Positions 13,740 through 29,215 of a stretch of DNA of 64,000 bases are shown here, piece after piece. Where the stretch lies: assembly GCF_009914755.1 (NCBI RefSeq), contig NC_060933.1; one strand, written 5' to 3'. The translations under genes and the position numbers were made by a program. The notes under the pieces were generated by a model. It made no database searches, had not been told where the DNA came from, and was given only the letters and a program-made list of their open reading frames with translations. How positions within the stretch are numbered: the first letter of the stretch is position 1; every line of letters begins with the position of its first letter. The DNA is from the human T2T-CHM13v2.0 reference genome, Homo sapiens.

Positions 13740-16700
13740 GGAATGCAATGGAATGGAATCATCCGGAATGGAATGGAATGGAATGGAATCAACTCCATTG
13801 CAATGGAATGGAATGGAATGGAATGGAATAGAATGGAATGGAATTAACCCGAATAGAATGGAATGCAATAGAATGGAATGCAACGGAACCGAATGGAGTG
13901 GAATGGAATGGAATGGAATGAACCGGAGTACAGGGGAATGGAATGGAATGGAATGCAATGGAATGGAGTCATCCGTAATGGAATGGAAAGGAATGGAATG
14001 GAATGGAATGGAATGGAATGGAATGGAATGGAATCAACTCGATGGCAGTCGAATGGAATGGAAAGGAATCAACCCGAATAGAATGGAATGGAATGGAATG
14101 GAACGGAACGGAATGGAATGGAATGGAATGGAACGGAACGGAATGGAATGGAATGGAATGGAATGGAATTAACGCGAGTGCAGGGGAATGGAATGGAATG
14201 GAATGCAATGGAATGGAATCTTCCGGAATGGAATGGAATGGAATGGAATGGAATGAAAGGCAATGGATTCAACTCGATTGCAATGGAATGGAATAGAATG
14301 GAATGGAATGGAATGGAATGGAATGGAATCAACTCGATTGGAATGGAATGGAATGGAATGGAATGGAATGGAATGGAATTAACCCGAATAGAATGGAATG
14401 GAATGGAATTGAACGGAATGGAATGGAATGGAATGGAATGGAATGGAATGGAATGGAATGGAATGGAATCAACCCGACTGCAGGGGAATGGAATGGAATG
14501 GAATGGAATGGAATGGAATGGAATGGAATGGAATCATCCGGAACGGAATGGACTGGAATGGAATGGAATCAACTCGATTGCAATGGAATGGAATGGAATG
14601 GAATTTAATCGAATGGAATGGAATGGAATTAACCGGAATAGAATGGAATGGAATGGAATGGAACGGAATGGAATGGAATGGAATGGAATGGAATGGAATC
14701 AACCCGAGTGCAGGGGAATGGAATGGAATGGAATGCAATGGAATGGAATCATCCGGAATGGAAGTGAATGGAATGGAATGCAATCAACCTGATTCAATGG
14801 AATGGAGTGGAATGGAATGGAATGGAATGGAAACATCCCGAATGGAATGGAATGTAATGGAGTGTAAGGGAATTGAATAGAATCAATCCGAATGTAATGG
14901 AATGGAATGGAATGAAATGGAATGGAATGGAATGGAATGGAATCAACCCGAGTGCAATGGAATGGATTCGAATGGAATGGAATGGAATGGAATGGATTCA
15001 ACAAGAATGGAATGGAAAGGAATGGAATCAACCCGAGTGTAATGGCATGGAATGGAACGGAATGGAATGGGATGGAATGGAATGGTATGGAATAGAATGG
15101 AATAGAATGAAATGGAATGGAATGGAATGGAATGGAATGAACCCGTGTGCAATGGAATGGAATGGAATGGAATGGAATGGAATGGAATGGATTCAACTCG
15201 AATGGAATCAACTCGATTGCAATGGAATGGAATGGAATTGAAAGGAATAGAATGGAATCAACCCGAGTGGAATGGAATGGAAAAGACTGGAATGGAATGG
15301 AATGGAATGGAATCAACTCGATTGTAATGGAATGGAATGGAATGGAATTAACACGAATAGAATGAAATGGAACGGAATGGAATGGAATGGAATCAACCCG
15401 AGTGCAGGGGAATGGAATGGAATGGAATGCAATGGAATGGAATCATCCGGAATGGAATGGAATGGAATGGAATGGAATGGAATGGAATGGAATGGAATCA
15501 ACTCGATTTCAACGGAATGGAATGGAATTAACACGAATAGAATGAAATGGAATGGAATGGAATGGAATGGAATCAAACCAAGTGCAGGGGAATGGAATGG
15601 AATGGAATTCAATGGAATGGAATCATCCGGAATGGAATGGAATGGAATGGAATGGAATGGAATGGAATGGAATCAACGCGAGTGCAGGGGAATGGAATGG
15701 AATGGAATGCAATGGAATGGAATCTTCCGGAATGGAATGGAATGGAATGGAATCAACTCCATTGCAATGGAATGGAATGGAATGGAATGGAATGGAATAG
15801 AATGGAATGAAATTAACCCGAATAGAATGGAATGCAATAGAATGGAATGCAACGGCACCGAATGGAGTGGAATGGAATGGAATGGATTCAACCCGAGTAC
15901 AGGGGAATGGAATGGAATGGAATGCAATGGAATGGAGTCATCCGTAATGGAATGGAAAGGAATGGAATGGAATGGAATGGAATGGAATCAACTCGATGGC
16001 AGTCGAATGGAATGGAATGGAGTCAACCCGAATAGAATGGAATGGTATGGAATGGAACGGAACGGAATGGAATGGAATGGAATGGAATGGAACGGAACGG
16101 AATGGAATGGAATGGAATGGAATGGAATCAACGCGAGTGCAGGGGAATGGAATGGAATGGAATGCAATGGAATGGAATCTTCCGGAATGCAATGGAATGG
16201 AATGGAATGAAAGGCAATGGATTCAACTCGATTGCAATGGAATGGAATAGAATGGAATGGAATGGAATGGAATGGAATGGAATCAACTCGATTGGAATGG
16301 AATGGAATGGAATGGAATGGAATGGAATGGAATGGAATGGAATGGAATTAACCCGAATAGAATGGAATGGAATGGAATTGAACGGAATGGAATGGAATGG
16401 AATGGAATGGAATGGAATGGAATGGAATCAACCCGACTGCAGGGTAATGGAATGGAATGGAATGGAATGGAATGGAATGGAATCATCCGGAACGGAATGG
16501 ACTTGAATGGAATGGAATCAACTCGATTGCAATGGAATGGAATGGAATGGAATTTAATCGAATGGAATGGAATGGAATTAACCGGAATAGAAAGGAATGG
16601 AATGGAATGGAACGGAATGGAATGGAATGGAATGGAATGGAATGGAATGGAATCAACCCGAGTGCAGGGGAATGGAATGGAATGGAATGCAATGGAATGG

Positions 16701-18330
16701 AATCATCCGGAATGGAATGGAATGGAATGGAATGCAATCAACCTGATGCAATGGAATGGAGTGGAATGGAATGGAATGGAATGGAAACATCCCGAATGGA
16801 AAGGAATGTAATGGAGCGTAAGGTAATTGAATAGAATCAATCCGAATGTAATGGAATGGAATGGAATGAAATGGAATGGAATGGAATGGAATGGAATCAA
16901 CCCGAGTGCAATGGAATGGATTCGAATGGAATGGAATGGAATGGAATGGAATCAACTCGATTGGAATGGAATGGAATGGAATGGAATGGAATGGAATGGA
17001 ATGGAATGGAATTAACCCGAATAGAATGGAATGGAATGGAATTGAACGGAATGGAATGGAATGGAATGGAATGGAATGGAATGGAATGGAATGGAATCAA
17101 CCCGACTGCAGGGGAATGGAATGGAATGGAATGGAATGGAATGGAATCATCCGGAACAGAATGGACTGGAATGGAATGGAATCAACTCGATTGCAATGGA
17201 ATGGAATGGAATGGAATTTAATCCAATGGAATGGAATGGAATTAACCGCAATAGAATGGAATGGAATGGAATGGAACGGAATGGAATGGAATGGAATGGA
17301 ATGGAATGGAATGGAATGGAATCAACCCGAGTGCAGGGGAATGGAATGGAATGGAATGCAATGGAATGGAATCATCCGGAATGGAATGGAATGGAATGGA
17401 ATGCAATCAACCTGATGCAATGGAATGGAGTGGAATGGAATGGAATGGAATGGAAACATCCCGAATGGAATGGAATGTAATGGAGTGTAAGGGAATTGAA
17501 TAGAATCAATCCGAATGTAATGGAATGGAATGGAATGAAATGGAATGGAATGGAATGGAATGGAATCAACCCGAGTGCAATGGAATGGATTCGAATGGAA
17601 TGGAATGGAATGGAATGGATTCAACAAGAATGGAATGGAAAGGAATGGAATCAACCCGAGTGTAATGGCATGGAATGGAACGGAATGGAATGGGATGGAA
17701 TGGAATGGTATGGAATAGAATGGAATAGAATGAAATGGAATGGAATGGAATGGAATGGAATGGAATGGAATGAACCCGTGTGCAATGGAATGGAATGGAA
17801 TGGAATGGAATGGATTCAACTCGAATGGAATCAACTCGATTGCAATGGAATGGAATGGAATTGAAAGGAATAGAATGGAATCAACACGAGTGGAATGGAA
17901 TGGAAAGGACTGGAATGGAGTGGAATGGAATGGAATGGAATGGAATTAACACGAATAGAATGAAATGGAACGGAATGGAATGGAATGTAATGGAATGGAA
18001 TGGAATGGAATCAACCCGAGTGCAGGGGAATGGAATGGAATGGAATGCAATGGAATGGAATCATCCGGAATGGAATGGAATGGAATGGAATGGAATGGAA
18101 TGGAATGGCATCAACTCGATTTCAATGGAATGGAATGGAATAGAATGGAATGGAATTAACACGAATAGAATGGAATGGAATGGAATTGAATGGAACAGAA
18201 AGGAATGGAATGGAATGGAATGGAATCAACCCAAGTGCAGGGGAATGGAATGGAATGGAATTCAATGGAATGGAATCATCCGGAATGGAATGGAATGGAA
18301 TGGAATGGAATGGAATCAACGCGAGTGCAG
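13740..18330 (+). repeat. ~1.96-kb tandem duplication whose second copy holds an extra internal 669-bp repeat
   Basis: CAACTCCATTG palindrome at 13794/15758 (offset 1964); CTCGATGGCAGTCG at ~14038/15992; CAACCTGA at 14785/16739/17408 (offsets 1954 and 669). Confidence 0.8.
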
Positions 18331-21300
18331 GGGAATGGAATGGAATGGAATGCAATGGAATGGAATCTTCCGGAATGGAATGGAATGGAATGGAATGAAA
18401 TGCAATGGATTCAACTCGATTGCAATGGAATGGAATAGAATGGAATGGAATGGAATGGAATGGAATTAATTCGAATAGAATGGAATGGAATGGAATGGAA
18501 CGGAATGGAACGGAATGGAATGGAATGCAATGGAATGGAATGGTATGGAATGGAATGGAATGGTACGGAATGGAATGGAATGGAACGAATTGTAATGGAA
18601 TGGAATTGAATGGAATGGAATGGAATGGAATGGAATCAACGCGAGTGCAAGGGAATGTAATGGAACGGAAGGCAAAGGAATGGAATCATCCGGAATGGAA
18701 TGGAATGGAATGGAATGGAATGGAATGGAATGGAATCAACCCGAGTGCAATGGAATGGTGTGGAATGGAATGGAATGGAATGGAACAACCCGAATGGAAT
18801 GGAATGTAATGGAGAGTAAGGGAGTTGAATAGAATCAATCCGAATGTAATGGAATGGAAAGCAACGGAATGGAATGGAATGGGATGGAATGGAATGGAAT
18901 GCAATGGAATTGAATCAACCCGAGTACAATGGAATGGAATGGAACGGAATGGAATGGAATGGAATGGAATGGAATGGAATGAAATGATACGGAATAGAAT
19001 GGAATGGAACGAAATGAATGGAATGGAATGGAATGGAATGGAATCGTTCCGAGTGGAATAGGAGGGAATGTTTTCGAGTGGAATGGAAAGGAATGGAATC
19101 AACCAGAGTGGAATGGAAGGGAATGGAATGGAACGGAAACTAATAGAATGGAATCAACCCGAGAGGAATGGAATGGAAAGGACTGGAATGGAATGGAATG
19201 GAATGGAATCAACTCGATTGTAATGGAATGGAATGGAATGGAATGGAATGGAATGGAATGGAATGGAATTAACCTGAATACAATGCAATGTAATGGAATG
19301 GAACGGAATGGAGTGGAATGGAATGGAATCAACCCGAGTGCAGGGGAATGGAATGGAATGGAATGCAATGGAATGGAATCATCCGGAATGGAATGGAATG
19401 GAATGGAATGCAAAGCAATGGAATCAACTCGATTGCAACGGAATGGAATGGAATGGAAAGGAATACATTGGGATCAACCCGAGTGGAATGGAATGGAAAG
19501 GACTGGAATGGAGTGGAATGGAATGGAACGGAACGGAATGGAATCAACTCGATTGGAATGGAATGGAATGGAATGGAATGGAATGGAATTAACCCGAATA
19601 GAATGGAATGGAATGGAATGGAACGGAACGGAACGGAATGGAATGGAATGGAAAAAACCCGACTGCAGGGGAATGGAATGGAATGGAATGCAATGGAATG
19701 GATTCAACTTGAATGGAATGGAAAGAATGGAATCAACACGAGTGGAATGGCATGGATTGGAATGGAATGGAATGAACCCGAGTACAGGGGAATGGAATGG
19801 AATGGAATGCAATGGAATGGAATCATCCGTAATGGAATGGAAAGGAATGGAATGGAATGGAATGGAATGGAATGGAATGGAATGGAACGGAAAGGAACGG
19901 AACGGAATGGAATGGAATGGAATGGAATGGAATGGAATGGAACGGAAAGGAATGGAATGGAAAGGAATGGAATGGAATGGAATGGAATGGAATGGAATCA
20001 ACGCGAGTGCAGGGGAATGGAATGGAATGGAATGCAATGGAATGGAATCTTCCGGAATGGAATGGAATGGAATGGAATGGAATGGAATAAACCCGAGTGC
20101 AATGGAATGGAGTGGAATGGAATGGAATGGATTGGAACAACACGAATGGAATGGAATGTAATGGAGAGTAAGGGAGTTGAATAGAGTCAATCCGAATGTA
20201 ATGGAATCGAATGGAACGGAATGGAATTGAATGGAATGGAATGGAATGCAATGGAATGGGATCAACCCGAGTTCAATGGAATGGAGAGGAATGTAATGGA
20301 ATGGAATGGAAACTACCCGAATGGAATGGAATGTAATGGAGTGTAAGGGAATTGAATAGAATCAATCCGAATGTAATGGAATGGAATGGAACGGAATGGA
20401 ATGAAATGGAATGGAATGGAATGGAATGGAATGGAATGGAATGGAATGCAATGGAATGGAATCAACCCGAGTGCAATTGAATGGAATCGAATGGAAAGGA
20501 ATGCAATGGAATGGATTCAACTTGAATGGAATGGAAAGAATGGAATCAACACGAGTGGAATGGCATGGATTGGAATGGAATGGAATGGAAACAACCCGAG
20601 TACAGGGGAATGGAATGGAATGGAATGCAATGGAATGGAATCATCCGTAATGTAATGGAAAGGAATGGAATGGAAAGGAATGGAATGGAATGAAATGGAA
20701 TCAACTCGATTGCAATCGAATGGAATGGAATGGAATTAACCCGAATAGAATGGAATGGAATGGAATGGAACGGAACGGAACGGAACGGAGTGGAATGGAA
20801 TGGAATGGAATTGTATGGAATGGAATGGCATGGTACGGAATAGAATGGAATGGAAAGAATTGGAATGGAATGGAATCGAATGGAATGGAATGGAATGGAA
20901 TGGAATCAACCCGAGTGCAGGGGAATGTAATGGAACGGAATGCAATGGAATGGAATCATCCGGAATGGAATGGAATGGAATGGAATGGAATGGAATGGAA
21001 TGGAATGGAATGGAATCAACCCGAGTGCAATGGAATGGAGTGGAATGGAATTGAATGGAATGGAACAACCCGAATGGAATGGAATGTAATGGAGAGTAAG
21101 GGAGTTGAATAGAATCAATCCGAATGTAATGGAATGGAACGGAATGGAATGGAATGGAATGGAATGGAATGCAATGGAATGGAATCAACCCGAGTACAAT
21201 GGAACGGAATGGAATGGAATGTAATGTAATGGAATGGAATGGAATGGAATGGAATGGAATCAACCCGAGTGCAATGGAATGTAGAGGAATGGAATGGAAT

Positions 21301-24300
21301 GGAATGGAAACTACCCGAATGGAATGGAATGTAATGGAGTGTAAGGGAATTGAATAGAATCAATCCGAATGGAATGGAATGGAATGGAACGGAATGTAAT
21401 GGAATGGAATGGAATGGAATCAACCCGAGTGCAGGGGAATGGAATGGAATGGAATGCAATCGAATGAAATCATCCGGAATGGAATGGAATGGAATGCAAT
21501 GGAATGGAATGGAATGGAATCAACCCGAGTGCAATGGAATGGAGTGAAATGGAATGGAAAGGAATGGAAACAACCAGAATGTATTGGAATATAATGGAGT
21601 GTAAGGGAATTCAATAGAATCAATCTGAATGTAATGAAATGGAATGGAACGGAATGGAATGGAATGGAATGGAATGGAATGGAATGCAATGGAATGGAAT
21701 CAACCCGTCTGCAATCGAATGGAATCGAATGGAATGGAATAGAATGGAATGGATTCAACTTGAATGGAAAGGAAAGAATGGAATCAACACGAGTGGAATG
21801 GCATGGATTGGAATGGAATGGAATGGAATCAACCCGAGTACAGGAGAATGGAATGTAATGGAATGCAATGGAATGGAATCATCAGTAATGGAATGGAAAG
21901 AAATGGAAAGGACTGGAATGGAATGGAATGGAATGGAATGGAATGGAATCAACTCGATTGCAATCGAATGGAATGGAATGGAATTAACCCGAATAGAATG
22001 GAATGGAATGGAATGGAATGGAACGGAACGGAATGGAATGGAATGGAATGGAATGGAACGGAAAGGAATTGAATGGAATGGAATGGAATGGAATGGAATG
22101 GAATGGAATGGAATGGAATCAACGCGAGTGCAGGGGAATGGAATGGAATCGAATGGAATGGAAAGGAATGGAATGGAATCAACCCGAGTGCAAGGGAATG
22201 TAATGGAACGGAATGCAATGGAATGGAATCATCCGGAATGGAATGGAATGGAATGGAATGGAATCAACCCGAGTGCAATGGAATGGAGTGGAATGGAATG
22301 GAATGGAATGGAACAACCCGAATGGAATGGAATGTAATAGAGAGTAAGGGAGTTGAAAAGAATCAATCCGAATGTAATGGAATGGAATGGAACGGAATGG
22401 AATGGAATGGAATGGAATGGAATGGAATGCAATGGAATGGAATCAACCCGAGTACAATGGAATGGAATGGAATGGAATGGAATTGAATGGAATGGAATGC
22501 AATGGAATGGAATCTTCCGGAATGGAATGGAATGGAATGGAATGGAATGGAATGGAATGGAATGGATTCAGCTCGATTGCCATGGAATGAAATAGAATGG
22601 AATGGAATGGAATGGAATGGAATGGAATTAAACCGAATAGAATGGAATGGAATGGAATGGAACGGAACAGAACAGAACGGAACGGAATGGAGTGGAATGG
22701 AATGTAATGGAATTGTATGGAATGGAATGGAATGGTACGGAATAGAATGGAATGGAAAGAATTGGAATGGAATGGAATCGAATGGAATGGAATGGAATGG
22801 AATGGAATGGAATGGAATGGAATGGAATGCAATGGAATGGAATCAACCCTAGTACAATGGAACGGAATGGAATGGAATGTAATGTAATAGAATGGAATGG
22901 AGTGGAATGGAATGGAATCAACCCGAGTGCAATGGAATGGAGAGGAATGGAATGGAATGGAATGGAAACTACCCGAATGGAATGGAATGTAATGGAGTGT
23001 AAGGGAATTGAATAGAATCAATCCGAATGGAATGGAATGGAATGGAACGGAATGTAATGTAATGGAATGGAATGGAATCAACCCGAGTGCAGGGGAATGG
23101 AATGGAATGGAATGCAATGGAATGGAATCATCCGGAATGGAATGGAATGGAATGCAATGGAATGGAATGGAATGGAATCAACACGAGTGCAATGGAATGG
23201 AGTGGAATGGAATGGAATGGAATGGAACAACCCGAATGGAATGGAATGTAATGGACAGTAAGGGAGTTGAATAGAATCAATCCGAATGTAATGGAATGGA
23301 ATGCAACGGAATGGAATGGAATGGAATGCAATGGAATGCAATCAACCCGAGTACAATGGAATGGAATGGAATGGAATGGAATGGAATGGAATGGAATGGA
23401 ATGCCTTCAAACCGAATGGAATGGAAAGGAATGGAATCAACGCGAGTGGAATGGAATGGAATGGAATGGAATGGAATGGAATGGAATGGAATGGAATCGT
23501 TCCGAGTGGAATAGGAGGGAATGTATTCGAGTGGAATGGAAAGGAATGGAATCAACCAGAGTGGAATGGAAGGGAATGGAATGGAATGGAAACTAATAGA
23601 ATGGAATCAACCCGAGTGGAATGGAATGGAAAGGACTGGAATGGAATGGAATGGAATGGAATGGAATGGAATGGAATCAACTCGATTGGAATGGAATGGA
23701 ATGGAATGGAATGGAATGGAATTAACCCGAATACCATGGAATGGAATGGAATGGAACGGAATGGAGTGGAATGGAATGGAATCAACCCGAGTGCAGGGGA
23801 ATGGAATGGAATGGAATGCAATGGAATGGAATCATCCGGAATGGAATGGAATGGAATGGAATGCAATGGAATGGAATGGAATGGAATGGAATGGAATCAA
23901 CTCGAATGCAGTTGAATGGAATGGAATGGAATTAACCCGAATAGAATGGAATGGAATGGAATGGAACGGAACGGAACGGAACGGAACGGCATGGAATGGA
24001 ATGGAATAGAATGGAATGGAACGGAAAGGAATGGAATGGAATGGAATGGAATGGAATGGAATGGAATGGAATGGAATGAACGTGAGTGCAGAGGAATGGA
24101 ATGGAATGGAATGCAATGGAATGGAATCTTCTGGAATGGAATGGAATGGAATGGAATGGAATGGAATGGAATGGAATGGAATGGAATAAACCCGAGTGCA
24201 ATGGAATGGAGTGGAATGGAATGGAATGGAATGGAACAACCCGAATGGAATGGAATGTAATGGAGAGTAAGGGAGTTGAATAAAATCAATCCGAATATAA

Positions 24301-25449
24301 TGGAATGGAATGGAAGGGAATGGAATTGAATGGAATGGAATGGAATGCAATGGAATGGAATCAACCCGAGTGCAATGGAATGGAGAGGAATGGAATGGAA
24401 TGGAATGGAAACTACCCGAATGGAATGGAATGTAATGGAGTGTAAGGGAATTGAATAGAATCAATCCGAATGTAATGGAATGGAATGGAACGGAATGGAA
24501 TGGAATGGAATGCAATGGAATGGAATGGAATGCAATGGAATGGAATCAACCCGAGTGCAATCGAATGGAATCGAATGGAATGCAATGGAATGTATTCAAC
24601 TTGAATGGAATGGAAAGAATGGAATCAACAAGAGTGGAATGGCATGGATTGGAATGCAATGGAGTGGAATCAACCCGAGTATAGTGGAATGGAATGGAAT
24701 GGAATGCAATGGAATGGAACCATCCGTAATGGAATGGAAAGGAATGGAATGGTATGGAATGGAATGGAATGGAATGGATTGGAATCAACACGATTGCAAT
24801 AGAATGGAATGGAATGGAATTAACCCAAATAGAATGGAATGGAATGGAATGGAACGGAACGGAATGGAATGGAATGGAATGGAATGGAATGGAACGGAAC
24901 GGAATGGAATGGAATGGAATGGAATGGAATGGAATGGAATGGAATGGAATCAACGCGAGTGCAGGGGAATGGAATGTAATGGAATGCAATGGAATGGAAT
25001 CTTCCGGAATGGAATGGAATGGAATGGAATGGAATCAACCCGAGTGCAATGGAATTGAGTGGAATGGAATGGAATGGAATGGAACAACCCGAATGGAATG
25101 GAATGTAATGGAGAGTAAGGGAGTTGAATAGAGTCAATCCGAATGTAATGGAATGGAATGGAAAGGAATGGAATTGAATGGAATGGAATGGAATGCAATG
25201 GAATGGAATCAACCCGAGTGCAATGGAATGGAGAGGAATGGAATGGAATGGAGTGGAAACTACCCGAATGGAATGGAATGTAATGGAGTGTAAAGGAATT
25301 GAATAGAATCAATCCGAATATAATGGAAAGGAATGGAACGGAATGGAATGGAATGGAATGGAATGGAATGGAATGGAATGGAATGCAATGGAAAGGAATC
25401 AACCCGAGTGCAATCGAATGGAATCGAATGGAATGGAATGCAATGGAAT

Positions 25450-28400
25450 GGAATCAACTCGATTGCAATCGAATGGAATGGAATGGAATTAACCCGAATA
25501 GAATGGAATGGAATGGAATGGAAAGGAACGGAATGGAATGGAATGGAATGGAATGGAATGGAACGGAACGGAATGGAATGGAATGGAATCAACGCGATTG
25601 CAGGGGAATGGAATGGAATGGAATGCAATGGAATGGAATCTTCCGGAATGGAATGGAATGGAATGGAATGGAATGGAATGGAATGCAATGGATTCAACTC
25701 GATTGCAATGGAATGGAATAGAATGGAATGGAATGGAATGGAATGGAATTAACCCGAATACAATGGAATGGAATGCAATGGAACGGAATGGAATGGAATG
25801 GAATTGAATGGAATGCAATGGAATGGTATGGAATGGAATGGAATGGTATGGAATAGAATGGAATGTAACGAATTGTAATGGAATGGAATTGAATGGAATG
25901 GAATGGAATCAACGCGAGTGCAGCGGAATGTAATGGAACGGAATGCAATGGAATGGAATCATCCGGAATGGAATGGAATGGAAAGGAATGGAATAGAATG
26001 GAATCAACCCGAGTGCAATGGAATGGAGTGAAATGGAATGGAATGGAATGGAACAACCCGAATGGAATGGAATGTAATGGACAGTAAGGGAGTTGAATAG
26101 AATCAATCCGAATGTAATGGAATGGAATGCAACGGAATGGAATGGAATGGAATGCAATGGAATGCAATCAACCCGAGTACAATGGAATGGAATGGAATGG
26201 AATGGAATGGAATGGAATGGAATGGAATGCCTTCAAACCGAATGGAATGGAAAGGAATGGAATCAACACGAGTGGAATGGAATGGAATGGAATGGAATGT
26301 AATGGAATGGAATGGAATGATACGGAATAGAATGGAATGGAACGAAATGGAATGGAATGGAATGGAATGGAATGGAATGGAATGGAATGGAATCGTTCCG
26401 AATGGAATAGGAGGGAATGTATTCGAGTGGAATGGAAAGGAATGGAATCAACCAGAGTGGAATGGAAGGGAATGGAATGGAATGGAAACTAATAGAATGG
26501 AATCAACCCGAGTGGAATGGAATGGAAAGGACTGGAATGGAATGGAATGGAATGGAATGGAATCAACTCGATTGGAATGGAATGGAATGCAATGGAATGG
26601 AATGGAATGGAATTAACCCGAATACCATGGAATGGAATGGAGTGGAACGGAATGGAGTGGAATGGAATGGAATCAACCCGAGTGCAGGGGAATGGAATGG
26701 AATGGAATGCAATGGAATGGAATCATCCGGAATGGAATGGAATGGAATGGAATGCAAAGCAATGGAATCAACTCGATTGCAATGGAATGGAATGGAATGG
26801 AAAGGAATACATTGGAATCAACCCGATTGGAATGCAATGGAAAGGACTGGAATGGAGTGGAATAGAATGGAATGGAATGGAATGGAATGGAATGGAAAGG
26901 AATCAACTCGATTGGAATGGAATGGAATGGAATGGAATGGAATGGAATGGAATGGAATTAACCCGAATAGAATGGAATGGAATGGAATGGAACGGAACGG
27001 AACGGAACGGAATGGAATGGAATGGAATGGAATGGAATGGAATGGAATCAACCCGACTGCAGGGGAATGGTATGGAATGGAATGCAATGGAATGGATTCA
27101 ACTTGAATGGAATGGAAAGAATGGAATCAACACGAAGGGAATGGCATGGATTGGAATGGAATGGAATGGAATGAACCCGAGTACAGGGGAATGGAATGGA
27201 ATGGAATGCAATGGAATGGAATCATCCGTAATGGAATGGAAAGGAATGGAATGGAATGGAATGGAATGGAATCAACTCGATTGCAATCGAATGGAATGGA
27301 ATGGAATTAACCCGAATAGAAAGGAATGGAATGGAATGGAATGGAACGGAACGGAATGGAATGGAATGGAATGGAATGGAATGGAACGGAAAGGAATGGA
27401 ATGGAATGGAATGGAATGGAATGGAATGGAATGGAATGGAATGGAATCAACGCGAGTGCAGGGGAATGGAATGGAATGGAATGCAATGGAATGGAATCTT
27501 CCGGAATGGAATGGAATGGAATGGAATGGAATGGAATGGAATGCAATGGATACAACTCGATTGCAATGGAATGGAATAGAATGGAATGGAATGGAATGGA
27601 ATGGAATTAACCCGAATACAATGGAATGGAATGCAATGGAACGGAATGGAATGGAATGGAATTGAATGGAATGCAATGGAATGGTATGGAATGGAATGGA
27701 ATGGTACAGAATAGAATGGAATGTAACGAATTGTAATGGAATGGAATTGAATGGAATGGAATGGAATCAACGCGAGTGCAGCGGAATGTAATGGAACGGA
27801 ATGCAATGGAATGGAATCATCCGGAATGGAATGGAATGGAATGGAATGGAATAGAATGGAATCAACCCGAGTGCAATGGAATGGAGTGGAATGGAATGGA
27901 ATGGAATGGAACAACCCGAATGGAATGGAATGTAATGGACAGTAAGGGAGTTGAATAGAATCAATCCGAATGTAATGGAATGGAATGCAACGGAATGGAA
28001 TGGAATGGAATGCAATGGAATGCAATCAACCCGAGTACAATGGAATGGAATGGAATGGAATGGAATGGAATGGAATGGAATGCCTTCAAACCGAATGGAA
28101 TGGAAAGGAATGGAATCAACACGAGTGGAATGGAATGGAATGGAATGGAATGGAATGGAATGGAATGGAATGGAATGATACGGAATAGAATGGAATGGAA
28201 CGAAATGGAATGGAATGGAATGGAATGGAATGGAATGGAATGGAATGGAATCGTTCCGAATGGAATAGGAGGGAATGTATTCGAGTGGAATGGAAAGGAA
28301 TGGAATCAACCAGAGTGGAATGGAAGGGAATGGAATGGAATGGAAACTAATAGAATGGAATCAACCCGAGTGGAATGGAATGGAAAGGACTGGAATGGAA

Positions 28401-29215
28401 TGGAATGGAATGGAATGGAATGGAATCAACTCGATTGGAATGGAATGGAATGGAATGGAATGGAATGGAATGTAATGGAATTAACCCGAATACCATGGAA
28501 TGGAATGGAATGGAACGGAATGGAGTGGAATGGAATGGAATCAACCCGAGTGCAGGGGAATGGAATGGAATGGAATGCAATGGAATGGAATCATCCGGAA
28601 TGGAATGGAATGGAATGGAATGCAAAGCAATGGAATCAACTCGATTGCAATGGAATGGAATGGAATGGAAAGGAATACATTGGAATCAACCCGATTGGAA
28701 TGCAATGGAAAGGACTGGAATGGAGTGGAATAGAATGGAATGGAATGGAATGGAATGGAATGGAAAGGAATCAACTCGATTGGAATGGAATGGAATGGAA
28801 TGGAATGGAATGGAATGGAATGGAATTAACCCGAATAGAATGGAATGGAATGGAATGGAACGGAACGGAACGGAACGGAATGGAATGGAATGGAATGGAA
28901 TGGAATGGAATGGAATCAACCCGACTGCAGGGGAATGGTATGGAATGGAATGCAATGGAATGGATTCAACTTGAATGGAATGGAAAGAATGGAATCAACA
29001 CGATGGGAATGGCATGGATTGGAATGGAATGGAATGGAATGAACCCGAGTACAGGGGAATGGAATGGAATGGAATGCAATGGAATGGAATCATCCGTAAT
29101 GGAATGGAAAGGAATGGAATGGAATGGAATGGAATGGAATGGAATGGAATGGAATCAACTCGATTGCAATCGAATGGAATGGAATGGAATTAACCCGAAT
29201 AGAAAGGAATGGAAT
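25450..29215 (+). repeat. Recent 1.86-kb tandem duplication of an L unit
   Basis: Private variants CAGCGGAATG (25921/27779), CGTTCCGAATGG (26394/28252), CCCGATTGGAATGC (~26820/28688) and GGGGAATGGTATGG (27062/28930). ORF-track offsets are 1858 and 1868. Confidence 0.9.
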
